Below are positions 36,619-44,163 of a stretch of DNA of 64,000 nucleotides, piece after piece (the stretch's first letter is position 1; every line of letters begins with the position of its first letter). Below the pieces are notes generated by a model. It did no database searches. It was not told the origin of the DNA and was given only the letters and a program-made list of their open reading frames with translations. The stretch comes from Bacillota bacterium (GTDB lineage: Bacteria > Bacillota > Sulfobacillia > JAMCWA01), in NCBI GenBank assembly GCA_023475165.1, contig JAMCWA010000088.1:2298-66297 (forward strand), read 5' to 3'. The translations under genes and the position numbers were made by a program.

Positions 36619-37401
36619 ATGGCGGAAACGATACGCGTCAGGTTGGATGGGCAGATTGCCACCGTGCTCCTAAACCGGCCGGAGGCCTTTAACGCCTTTG
36701 ATCTCGAGATGATTGAGCGCTTGGCTAACCACCTTATGGCTCTGGCCGTAGATGACACGGTGCGAGGGATAGTGATCTCCGGTGAGGGAAAAGGCTTCTG
36801 TGCCGGCGGTGATCTGAAGTGGGCTGTTGGCTATCCCCAAGGGCCGGCAGCCGCTTTTCATGTCCTGGCGGCTCGTTTACACCAGGCCGTCCTGGAAATC
36901 CGACGCATGGCCAAGCCGGTCATTGCGGCCGTTAACGGGATAGCGGCGGGGGCCGGGTTTTCCCTGGCGTTGGCTTGTGATTTCCGGTTGATGACAAGGT
37001 CGGCCGTTCTCCGGCAGGCGTATACTTCCAACGGGCTGTGCATCGACGGCGGTGGTACGTTTATCCTCCCCAGGCTTGTGGGTCTGGCCCGAGCCCTGGA
37101 GATAGTCGCATTTGACCCTCCCATTTCTTCGGAACAGGCCCTGACCTGGGGGTTGGTGACCAGGGTGATCGAGGACGGACGCGCCTTGGAAGAAGCGGTA
37201 AAGATGGCCGGTGAACTCGCCAGTCGCTCGCTTAATTCCTTTGGCTGGTCGAAGCAACTCCTCACGGACTCCTTCAACACGGCTTTCGAGACCCATCTTG
37301 AGCGGGAGCGAACGGGTCTTTCCGGTTGCGCCGCCCACCCCGACGGGCAGGAGGGGCTCGCGGCTTTTGTGGAGAAACGCAAACCGGTGTTTAATAGGTG
37401 A
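36619..37401 (+). CDS. Enoyl-CoA hydratase/isomerase (crotonase) family protein
   Basis: FNAFDLEM, GEGKGFCAGGDLK and AAVNGIAAGAGFSLALACD motifs. ATG 36619 after AAAAGGGGGAAGG. Confidence 0.85.
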   Translation: MAETIRVRLDGQIATVLLNRPEAFNAFDLEMIERLANHLMALAVDDTVRGIVISGEGKGFCAGGDLKWAVGYPQGPAAAFHVLAARLHQAVLEIRRMAKPVIAAVNGIAAGAGFSLALACDFRLMTRSAVLRQAYTSNGLCIDGGGTFILPRLVGLARALEIVAFDPPISSEQALTWGLVTRVIEDGRALEEAVKMAGELASRSLNSFGWSKQLLTDSFNTAFETHLERERTGLSGCAAHPDGQEGLAAFVEKRKPVFNR

Positions 37402-37473
37402 TCGCGCTGGGGCCAAAACGCCTCTGTGGGCGGGCCTGCTTTCCCCCCGGAACAGACGGCAAAAGGGAACACG

Positions 37474-37587
37474 ATGGAGCTTCGCAGTGCACCAACAATC
37501 CTCTCCTGCCTCCAGACCGTCTGTGGGGGAGCGAAAACCTCGCGGTTGCCGGAGGTCTTCATCCGCATGTGCTCTTGCCGCGATTGA
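37474..37587 (+). CDS. Small Cys-rich ORF (37 aa, MELRSAPTILSCLQTVCGGAKTSRLPEVFIRMCSCRD); hypothetical
   Basis: RBS AAGGGA 6 nt before ATG. The 3' 36 nt are tandemly duplicated, and the second copy also ends ...FIRKCSCRD-TGA. Confidence 0.3.
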   Translation: MELRSAPTILSCLQTVCGGAKTSRLPEVFIRMCSCRD

Positions 37588-37662
37588 CCGGCGAATGGGG
37601 GCATGGTGGGGACCCTGTCGTTAAGATCTTCATCCGCAAGTGTTCTTGCCGCGACTGACTGG
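37556..37662. repeat. 36-bp direct repeat x2 (4 mismatches) separated by 35-bp spacer
   Basis: TCTTCATCCGCATGTGCTCTTGCCGCGATTGACCGG at 37556-37591 and TCTTCATCCGCAAGTGTTCTTGCCGCGACTGACTGG at 37627-37662. Confidence 0.8.
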
Positions 37663-37700
37663 ACCGGCGGATCAACGAAAAACAAAAGAGGTGGTCCCTT

Positions 37701-38579
37701 GTGTTGATGACCTGGTTCATGGCCCTGCGGCCTTTTTCCTGGACGGCTTCCCTGGTACCCGTCTTACTGGGAGCCTCCCTGGCTGTCCGGGCGGGTTTTG
37801 CCCTGGATCTATTTCGGCTCCTCTTGACCCTGGTGGCTTCTGTCATCCTGCAGTCAGCCACCAATTTGGTCAGCGACTATTTTGATTTCCGAAAGGGCGT
37901 CGACTCCCTGGCCAGTTATGGTTCAAGCCGGGTGCTGGTCGGCGGGCAGCTTAAGCCGCGGCAGGTCTTTTGGGCTGGGGTTTTCCTCTTTACCCTGGGT
38001 TCCCTTTTGGGGGTATGGTTGGGGTACCTGGCTGGCTGGGAACTCCTTTATTTCGGCCTGGCTGCCCTCTTGGGCGGCTACTTTTACTGCGGTGATCCCT
38101 TTGGCTACAAATATCGTGCCCTGGGCGAGGCCCTCGTCTTCATCCTGATGGGACCCCTGATGGTGGGTGGGTCCTATTATGTCCAGACGGGTCATATCGA
38201 TCTGACTCCTTTTGTGGCCGCCCTCCCAGTCGGCTTTCTGGTGACGGCCATTCTTTATGCCAACAACCTGCGGGACATCGCTGACGACAGCCAGGCCGGC
38301 ATAAGGACCCTGGCCATACTGCTTGGTCCCGAGCGGGGACGCCGGCTAATGAGGATCCTGGTTTTTGGGTCCTACCTTTCCCTGTTCCCCCTTTGGGCCG
38401 GAGGACTCCTGCCCTGGACAACCTTCCTCGCCCTGGCCTCCTTGCCCCTGGCGCTCCGCCTGGCTGATCTTTTTCGCGGCGAATACAGCAAGGGGAAGCT
38501 GGCCACGGCCGATGTTCGCACCGCCCAGCTTCACCTGATATTTGGGCTGCTTTTGTCCCTGACGGCCTTTGTAAGGTAG
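37701..38579 (+). CDS. UbiA-superfamily prenyltransferase, MenA-like (1,4-dihydroxy-2-naphthoate polyprenyltransferase family)
   Basis: NLVSDYFDFRKGVD and YANNLRDIADD Asp-rich motifs. 8-9 TM helices. RBS AAGAGGTGG. Confidence 0.75.
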   Translation: MLMTWFMALRPFSWTASLVPVLLGASLAVRAGFALDLFRLLLTLVASVILQSATNLVSDYFDFRKGVDSLASYGSSRVLVGGQLKPRQVFWAGVFLFTLGSLLGVWLGYLAGWELLYFGLAALLGGYFYCGDPFGYKYRALGEALVFILMGPLMVGGSYYVQTGHIDLTPFVAALPVGFLVTAILYANNLRDIADDSQAGIRTLAILLGPERGRRLMRILVFGSYLSLFPLWAGGLLPWTTFLALASLPLALRLADLFRGEYSKGKLATADVRTAQLHLIFGLLLSLTAFVR

Positions 38580-38633
38580 GAGATCCATGCTGAGGTGGCG
38601 TGTTCTTGCACCGCAGCCGCTTACGGAGGGAAA

Positions 38634-39236
38634 GACGTGCTCCTTTTCGGCATCTTCCTGGCCGTCCTCTTCTGGATGCTACTCTTTTGCCTTAAGATCG
38701 TCAACTTCTGGGCCGGGATGAGCCTGGCTACCTTTCTTTTGGCTGCCCTGGCAGTGCTTGACCGGAGACGGCGGCTGCGCCTGGATTTCAAAGCCTCGTC
38801 TCTCTTTTGGGCTTCAGCAATCATACTGGCCCTCTATTTGATCTTTTGGGTGGGAAACTGGCTCGTAGCCACCTTCCTGGGACAATTGGCACCGCAGATC
38901 GGGGACATTTATGGCCTGAAGCATCAGGGGAGGGACCTTTTCATTGCGCTGGGTCTCCTTTTCGTAATTGGTCCGGGGGAGGAGATATTCTGGCGGGGTT
39001 ACCTCCAGGAATCCCTCATGGAACGTTGGGGACCGGCGACGGGATACTTCCTGGCCACGGCCCTTTATACCCTGGTTCATCTCTGGTCGGGCAATTTCAT
39101 GCTGGTCCTGGCCGCCGGGGTGGCGGGAGCGGCCTGGGGACTGGTGTACTGGCGCTTTCGGAACCTCTGGCCGGGAATCATCAGCCACGCCGTGTGGGAC
39201 GTGCTGGCTTTTGTGATTCTGCCGTATTGGAGATGA
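38634..39236 (+). CDS. CPBP-family intramembrane metalloprotease (CAAX protease / bacteriocin self-immunity family)
   Basis: GPGEEIFWRGYL (EExxxR), YTLVHLWSGN (FxxxH) and ISHAVWDVLAF (HxxxD/N) motifs. Start set to GTG 38634 after GGAGGG. Confidence 0.7.
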   Translation, partial: DVLLFGIFLAVLFWMLLFCLKIVNFWAGMSLATFLLAALAVLDRRRRLRLDFKASSLFWASAIILALYLIFWVGNWLVATFLGQLAPQIGDIYGLKHQGRDLFIALGLLFVIGPGEEIFWRGYLQESLMERWGPATGYFLATALYTLVHLWSGNFMLVLAAGVAGAAWGLVYWRFRNLWPGIISHAVWDVLAFVILPYWR

Positions 39237-39742
39237 GCCCACTTAGGCGCTTTCGGTCAAGGATTATCCGTGCGGGCGATTCAGGTTCACTCCACAGATT
39301 ATGTTACCGATTTGCTTGCCTCCCAGAGCCGACCGATCTGACATCCTCAAGATAGCGTTTTCCCTCTCTTCCCACCGTTTCATCAGCATCAATATCAGAA
39401 CATTTTACATTAAAATATTTACGTCTGGCAGGAAAAAATATTGTGACGGAGAATAAGACTGGAATAGGCGCGGATTGCCGTCCTGGGAGACTGCTCGGAA
39501 ATTGCGGTTTAATACGTGCCACCCGCGACGCAGCCATCCTCAGGGAGGATCGGAGTTGGGACCGTTGCAGGAAGGGTTTTTCCCATGGGGGGAGGTGATG
39601 AACGCCGGTGTCACGGCAATCTGGCCCCCACGACCAATCTGGGGCAAATCTCTTTGGCAGTGGGCGTCGCCATCGTCTCTGGTGACCTTTGCGGCCGGCA
39701 ACCCTTTTGGGGCCAATCTTTCTGGCAGAGGAGGAATAGAAG

Positions 39743-41089
39743 ATGATCCGTCGTCTCGGCGATTACTTCACCAGGATAATGGAAAACTACCTGCCCGACG
39801 CCTATCTTTTCGCGATCTTGCTCACCTTTCTCTCCGCCGTTCTGGCTCTCATCTTCACCCCCAAGGGCTTCATGGACGTGATCCTGGCCTGGGGCAACGG
39901 CATCTGGAATCTTCTGGCCTTCAGCATGCAGATGGTCCTGATCTTGGTTACCGGTCACACCCTGGCCCTGACCCCTCCGGTAAAACGGTTCTTGAACTGG
40001 ATCGCCAGTTTGGCCAAGACGCCGGCGGCGGCCGTGGCCATCGTTGCCCTGGTGGCGGGAGCTGCTTCCTGGATTCAGTGGGGATTTGGCTTGATCATCG
40101 GCGGACTCTTGGCCCTGGAAATGGCCAAGCGGATGAAGGTGGTCGATTTTCCCCTCCTGGTGGCGGCGGCCTACGGGGGGTTCCTGGTCTGGCATATGGG
40201 CCTATCCGGCTCGATACCTCTTACCATTGCTTCTAAGGGGAACCCGGCCAACTATGTGGAGAAACTGGCCGGCTGGGTGGTACCCTCCGGGCAGACCATC
40301 TTTGCCGGGTGGAACTTCCTTCCCGCCATCCTCTTGATCCTGACCATTCCCATTGTGCTTTATTATGCGCACCCATCGCCGGAGAAGGCCAAACTGGTTG
40401 AGGCGGCCGTCCTGGCGGGTTTAACGGAGGAGAAGAGGCCCGAAAAACCGGCCTTGACCACCTGGGCTCAGAAAATCGAAAACAGCGTCCTGGTCAACTA
40501 CCTGTTTGCCCTCATGGGAGTCGCCTACCTGATAGATTATTTTGCCAGGAAGGGCTTCAGCCTAGACCTAAACATCGTCATCACCTTCTTCCTCTTTTTA
40601 GGGATTATCCTGCACCAGACCCCCATCAACTACGTTCAGGCCGTTAACCAGGCCATTCGGGGGGCGGGGGGTATCGTCCTGCAGTTCCCGCTCTATGCCG
40701 GTATCCAGGGGATCATGATGGGGACAGGATTGGCTTCGGTAATCGCGGGTTGGTTTGTGGCCATTTCCAACAGTCACACCTTCTACCTGCTCCAGTTCTG
40801 GGCGGCGGGGCTGATCAACATGTTCATTCCTTCGGGAGGCGGCCAGTGGGCGGCCCAGGGTTCGATCAGCGTCATGGCCGCTCAGAAGATGAACCTGGAT
40901 GTGACCAAGACGGCCATGATGGTGGCCTGGGGCGACCAGTGGACCAACATGATCCAGCCCTTCTGGGCCTTGCCTCTCTTGGGCCTGGCTAACTTGAAGG
41001 CCCGGGATATCATGGGGTATACCACCTTGGTCCTCCTGTGGGGCGGTGTGGTCATGAGCATTGCAGCCCTGGTAATGGCAAGTAGTTAA
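39743..41089 (+). CDS. atoE: Short-chain fatty acid transporter (AtoE family)
   Basis: 448-aa polytopic membrane protein with the AtoE-family N-terminus MIRRLGDYFTRIMENYLPDAYLF. RBS GAGGAGG. Confidence 0.75.
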   Translation: MIRRLGDYFTRIMENYLPDAYLFAILLTFLSAVLALIFTPKGFMDVILAWGNGIWNLLAFSMQMVLILVTGHTLALTPPVKRFLNWIASLAKTPAAAVAIVALVAGAASWIQWGFGLIIGGLLALEMAKRMKVVDFPLLVAAAYGGFLVWHMGLSGSIPLTIASKGNPANYVEKLAGWVVPSGQTIFAGWNFLPAILLILTIPIVLYYAHPSPEKAKLVEAAVLAGLTEEKRPEKPALTTWAQKIENSVLVNYLFALMGVAYLIDYFARKGFSLDLNIVITFFLFLGIILHQTPINYVQAVNQAIRGAGGIVLQFPLYAGIQGIMMGTGLASVIAGWFVAISNSHTFYLLQFWAAGLINMFIPSGGGQWAAQGSISVMAAQKMNLDVTKTAMMVAWGDQWTNMIQPFWALPLLGLANLKARDIMGYTTLVLLWGGVVMSIAALVMASS

Positions 41090-41166
41090 CTAATCGATCA
41101 ATTGATTCTCTCTCTAAAGAAACTCTAAAGAAACTTTTTGCCATTCCTTCACCTCCGTCCGAAGTT

Positions 41167-41277
41167 AGTTGTCAGCAGTCATGACCAAAAGCGTACAGTT
41201 CACTGCAAAATCAACCCGCATCGCGGAGTCCATCCCCGGAGTTGTCAGCAGTCATGACCAAAAGCGTACAGTTCACT
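41167..41277. repeat. Perfect 38-bp direct repeat x2 with 35-bp unique spacer (period 73)
   Basis: AGTTGTCAGCAGTCATGACCAAAAGCGTACAGTTCACT at 41167-41204 and 41240-41277. Contains the palindrome GTCATGAC. Lies in a convergent intergenic region. Confidence 0.85.
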
Positions 41278-41282
41278 TAAAG

Positions 41283-41320
41283 AAAGCGGGGGCAGGTTAG
41301 CCCTACCCCCGCTTGACCTC
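41283..41320. terminator. Bidirectional stem-loop terminator (AAGCGGGGG-AG ... CT-CCCCCGCTT)
   Basis: GC-rich hairpin between the atoE and ytfJ 3' ends. U-rich tract on the minus strand. Confidence 0.55.
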
Positions 41321-41325
41321 CCGCA

Positions 41326-41709
41326 CTATTCTTCCGCCTCCTGACGGCCCTTTCCTTTCTTGGAACAGCAGTTTTCCCCCGTGGCCTTCTGCACTACTTC
41401 CGGGATCATCTCCAGGATCTTCTCAATGGCCCCCTTGCCCCCGATGGGGAAGACGTTGACGTCGTCGCCCTTGATGACGATGACTGCCGTCGGGCTGACC
41501 CGGCCGCCCCCGCCACTGCCTTGACCGCCACCGTTATCACCTTTCGGGCTGGTACCCTGACCACCCCCGCCCCCAAACCCGAAAGAGACGCTGGTGAGGG
41601 GGATAATGGTCATGCCATTGAAGGTCATGGGTTCCCCGATAACGGTCTTGGAGGAAAGGAGTTTTTCCACTTCCCCCAAAATTGCCTTGACGCTCTCCAT
41701 GACATCCAT
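41326..41709 (-). CDS. ytfJ: Sporulation protein YtfJ/GerW family
   Basis: Start set to ATG (MDVMESVKAIL) 8 nt after AAAAAAGGAGGAG. ...VIGEPMTFNGMTIIPLTSVSFGFGGGGG Gly loop typical of YtfJ. Confidence 0.75.
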   Translation of the reverse strand: MDVMESVKAILGEVEKLLSSKTVIGEPMTFNGMTIIPLTSVSFGFGGGGGQGTSPKGDNGGGQGSGGGGRVSPTAVIVIKGDDVNVFPIGGKGAIEKILEMIPEVVQKATGENCCSKKGKGRQEAEE

Positions 41710-42380
41710 TTCATGCTCCTCCTTTTTTGTAATCCCAGTTTGAATTGATTCCACCAGACCCGCCTGACGGGGCGAGCAAGAATGGTGATCAACGCCAGAC
41801 CGATTAGCTGCCCCGGAATGAGCCAGCCCCGCACATCCGCCTCGCCGGAAAGACCCTGCTCATTAAAGGTGGGTGTCACCTGAGCCGGAAACCACAGGGT
41901 GAGGGGTAGGAGGGCCAGCCAAAGGTAGGCCGTGTCCGCGGGGTCCTCCAGGCCAAATGCGATTCTGGCCGCTCTGACTTGGGGGTGCATGGCGCCAAAG
42001 AGGCGGCGCACCAGCTTGATCACTTCAGCCAGCACTTCGCGCCCCAGATACGGACGCACCTGTTGGAAGGAGACCTTCCGGCGTTCTTTGGGTTTTTGCC
42101 CTCTATGTCGCCGCTCTCCGGATTCGTCTGAGGCCGACCGTCCTCCTCTCTTTGGGCTACCTTTCCGATCCGTCCTTGACCCTGCTCCTGACCGCCTGGC
42201 CGGGCTGAAATGCAACAGGCCCGCCCAGGCCACGTCCAATTGAAGCCCCTGAGGCTCGCCCATCTGCAGGCCTTTCCACCGGAAACGGTAGCTGACCGGG
42301 ACGAAGAGGATAGCCAGTATCACCAGTGCCAACAGCGTGGCCAGGCCGACCATCCCATAGCCGATGAGGGTCAAGATCAT
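41625..42380 (-). CDS. DUF2953 (YtfI-like) sporulation membrane protein; 3' end overlaps ytfJ by ~85 nt
   Basis: N-terminal TM helix MILTLIGYGMVGLATLLALVILAILFV. Conserved ytfI-ytfJ pairing. No in-frame stop before 41625, so an overlap or a frameshift is possible. Confidence 0.55.
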   Translation of the reverse strand: MILTLIGYGMVGLATLLALVILAILFVPVSYRFRWKGLQMGEPQGLQLDVAWAGLLHFSPARRSGAGSRTDRKGSPKRGGRSASDESGERRHRGQKPKERRKVSFQQVRPYLGREVLAEVIKLVRRLFGAMHPQVRAARIAFGLEDPADTAYLWLALLPLTLWFPAQVTPTFNEQGLSGEADVRGWLIPGQLIGLALITILARPVRRVWWNQFKLGLQKRRSMKWMSWRASRQFWGKWKNSFPPRPLSGNP

Positions 42381-42475
42381 ATCTGCCATTCCTTCCTCAG
42401 GATTGCCGTAATCGAGGACGTGGTGGACTACGGCTGGGATGTCAAGATCATATCTGCCATTCCTTCCTCAGAATT
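42370..42475. repeat. 31-35-bp direct repeat x2 (period 70) duplicating the RBS and start of ytfI
   Basis: GTCAAGATCATATCTGCCATTCCTTCCTCAG at 42370-42400 and 42440-42470. Confidence 0.8.
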
Positions 42476-42653
42476 GGGGCCCCGAGTGCCCCTCTAGCCA
42501 AATCCCTCTTGAGTTTGATCGCCCAACGGCACGTCGGAGCACCGCGTCGCCTTCCCGAAGCGGTGCGCCACACCCCGCGCCGTAGCTGAAGTCTGACGCC
42601 TGACGACCCCGTGGGCGGAAGCGGGGGCGGTGCCTATCCGCATTGACCCCCTG

Positions 42654-43169
42654 CTATCTGATCAGCCTGCTCAAAAGCTGACCCCAGGCACCCCGGGCCT
42701 TGACCTTATCGGAAGACCCGACGGAGCGGCGGCGGAGGAGACGGAGGCCAGACCTGGCCAGCCAGGCCAGGGCTGCGGGCGATCTGGCCAGGGTCGCCCG
42801 GGCCAGCTTGATTCCGCCACCAAGGTCCGGGACGCGTTGGAGGGGTCTGAAAGTTAAGGTGACAGCTGCCGCCGCCAAATCCAGCCAGCCCCTTCCTTCC
42901 TCGCCTGGCGACTGTTGCCGGCGGGCTTCTTTTTCCAGGCGGGCCTCGACCAGGGTCATCACCCGATCCGAAACATGGGTCAGCTTGGGAGGGATCTCTA
43001 CCTTGGGCAGGTGATCCAATTCCCAGTAAATCAGCTTCCAGGTCCGCAGGGCTTGCCGACATTCCCTGCAGAGCGTCAGGTGGCGAAGGGCTTTCAGTTC
43101 GTCACCGGGGGAAAGAACGCCATCCAGGTATCCCTGGAGCAAGTCATGATCGCAGTTACAGGTCATCAT
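42654..43169 (-). CDS. Anti-sigma factor (zf-HC2 zinc-finger, RsiW-like)
   Basis: MMTCNCDHDLLQGYLDGVLSP...LTLCRECRQAL. Start overlaps the sigma-gene stop (ATGA). Confidence 0.7.
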   Translation of the reverse strand: MMTCNCDHDLLQGYLDGVLSPGDELKALRHLTLCRECRQALRTWKLIYWELDHLPKVEIPPKLTHVSDRVMTLVEARLEKEARRQQSPGEEGRGWLDLAAAAVTLTFRPLQRVPDLGGGIKLARATLARSPAALAWLARSGLRLLRRRSVGSSDKVKARGAWGQLLSRLIR

Positions 43170-43172
43170 TCA

Positions 43173-43766
43173 TTACTCCTCTGCCATAAGAAGGCCAGCC
43201 AACCGAGATCTTATGTACTTGCGAGCCCGGAAGAGATACGTCTTGACCGTACCCAGGGGCAGGTCCAGACGCTGGGCGATCTCCTCATAGGTAAGATCCT
43301 CCTGGTGCCTGAGGAGGACCACTATCCTGTGGAGGGGCGGCAGCTCCTGCAGCGCCTCATCCAAAGCCTCCCTCATCCAGAGTCCTTCTACCTCGCCGGG
43401 TACATCCGACGTCGCCGCCAGGGTGTCGGCCATGGTCTTTCCCATCTCATCGCCAAAGGTGTCATCCAGGGAGGAGAGGGCCGGACGATCCCGGATGAAG
43501 TTCAGGCAAAGGTTCAAGGTTATCCTCTTTAGCCAGGGCTTGATTGGTCTCCCGGCTTCAAAGCGGTCAATGGCCTGAAAAGCCCTTAGGAACACATCCT
43601 GGGTAATGTCTAACGCGTCTTCCCGGTGGCGCAGGAAGGAATAGGCCTGCCGGTAGACCAGTTCCTGGTAGGCAAGGAGCAAGCGGGCAAAGCCTTCCGG
43701 CCTTTTCTTATGGCAAAGCTGGATTATCTCAAGATCGGTCAAGACCAGCCTCACCTCCGGGTGCAT
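43173..43766 (-). CDS. ECF-type RNA polymerase sigma-70 family sigma factor
   Basis: Region 2 (ITQDVFLRAFQAIDRF) and region 4 (EIAQRLDLPLGTVKTYLFRARK). Confidence 0.85.
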   Translation of the reverse strand: MHPEVRLVLTDLEIIQLCHKKRPEGFARLLLAYQELVYRQAYSFLRHREDALDITQDVFLRAFQAIDRFEAGRPIKPWLKRITLNLCLNFIRDRPALSSLDDTFGDEMGKTMADTLAATSDVPGEVEGLWMREALDEALQELPPLHRIVVLLRHQEDLTYEEIAQRLDLPLGTVKTYLFRARKYIRSRLAGLLMAEE

Positions 43767-43773
43767 ACATCAT

Positions 43774-43805
43774 CTATTACACTATTGCGCGGGAAAAGTT
43801 TCAAC
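43774..43805 (-). promoter_or_regulatory. Putative autoregulated ECF promoter (TGAAAC-N17-GTAAT on minus strand)
   Basis: TGAAAC -35-like motif read on the minus strand ~30 nt upstream of the sigma ATG. Confidence 0.35.
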
Positions 43806-44163
43806 CGGGTAGAAGTGTCAGCATTTTCTTTATTCCTGGCAGGACTCTTACCAAAAAAAGAGAATCAATAAGTGGCAAAGTTATAACGTCTCGATTTGGC
43901 GGACGTGACAGCGCTGACATTGGGGGAGCCACCTCGTGGGTGGACTTTCAAGGGCCTCTGGACATTTTCGGCCTTTGGTCAGGCCGAAAGGTGGGCGGCA
44001 ACTCGAAGCACCTGCGCTTATCTTCAAAGCGCCAGAGGTCGGCGCTGGCCATGGCGAAGGCGGTCGTCTCTGCGGTACCCGGACCCAAACGAGCTGGCAA
44101 GTGGGTTAACCGGCAGACGAACAAGAGAACGGTTGGCCCAAGCGCCTGGTGGGGGAAGACGAA

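Noticed and set aside
36619-37401. Interpreting the crotonase-family gene as MenB (naphthoate synthase) to make a men operon with the MenA-like gene
   Set aside because: Lacks the MenB-specific extended C-terminus and the GGY..DDSG region. At 260 aa it fits a generic enoyl-CoA hydratase better.
36858-37685. 275-aa and 179-aa minus-strand ORFs
   Set aside because: Antisense to the enoyl-CoA hydratase gene, which has clear crotonase motifs.
39475-40236. 253-aa plus-strand ORF spanning the atoE leader and start
   Set aside because: Out of frame with and overlapping the AtoE gene. Gly/Pro/Arg-rich low-complexity translation.
41167-41277. Calling the two-repeat units (here, 37556 and 42370) CRISPR arrays
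   Set aside because: Only two repeats each. No cas genes in 64 kb. One pair is imperfect and one pair overlaps a gene start. They are kept as findings but not annotated as CRISPR.
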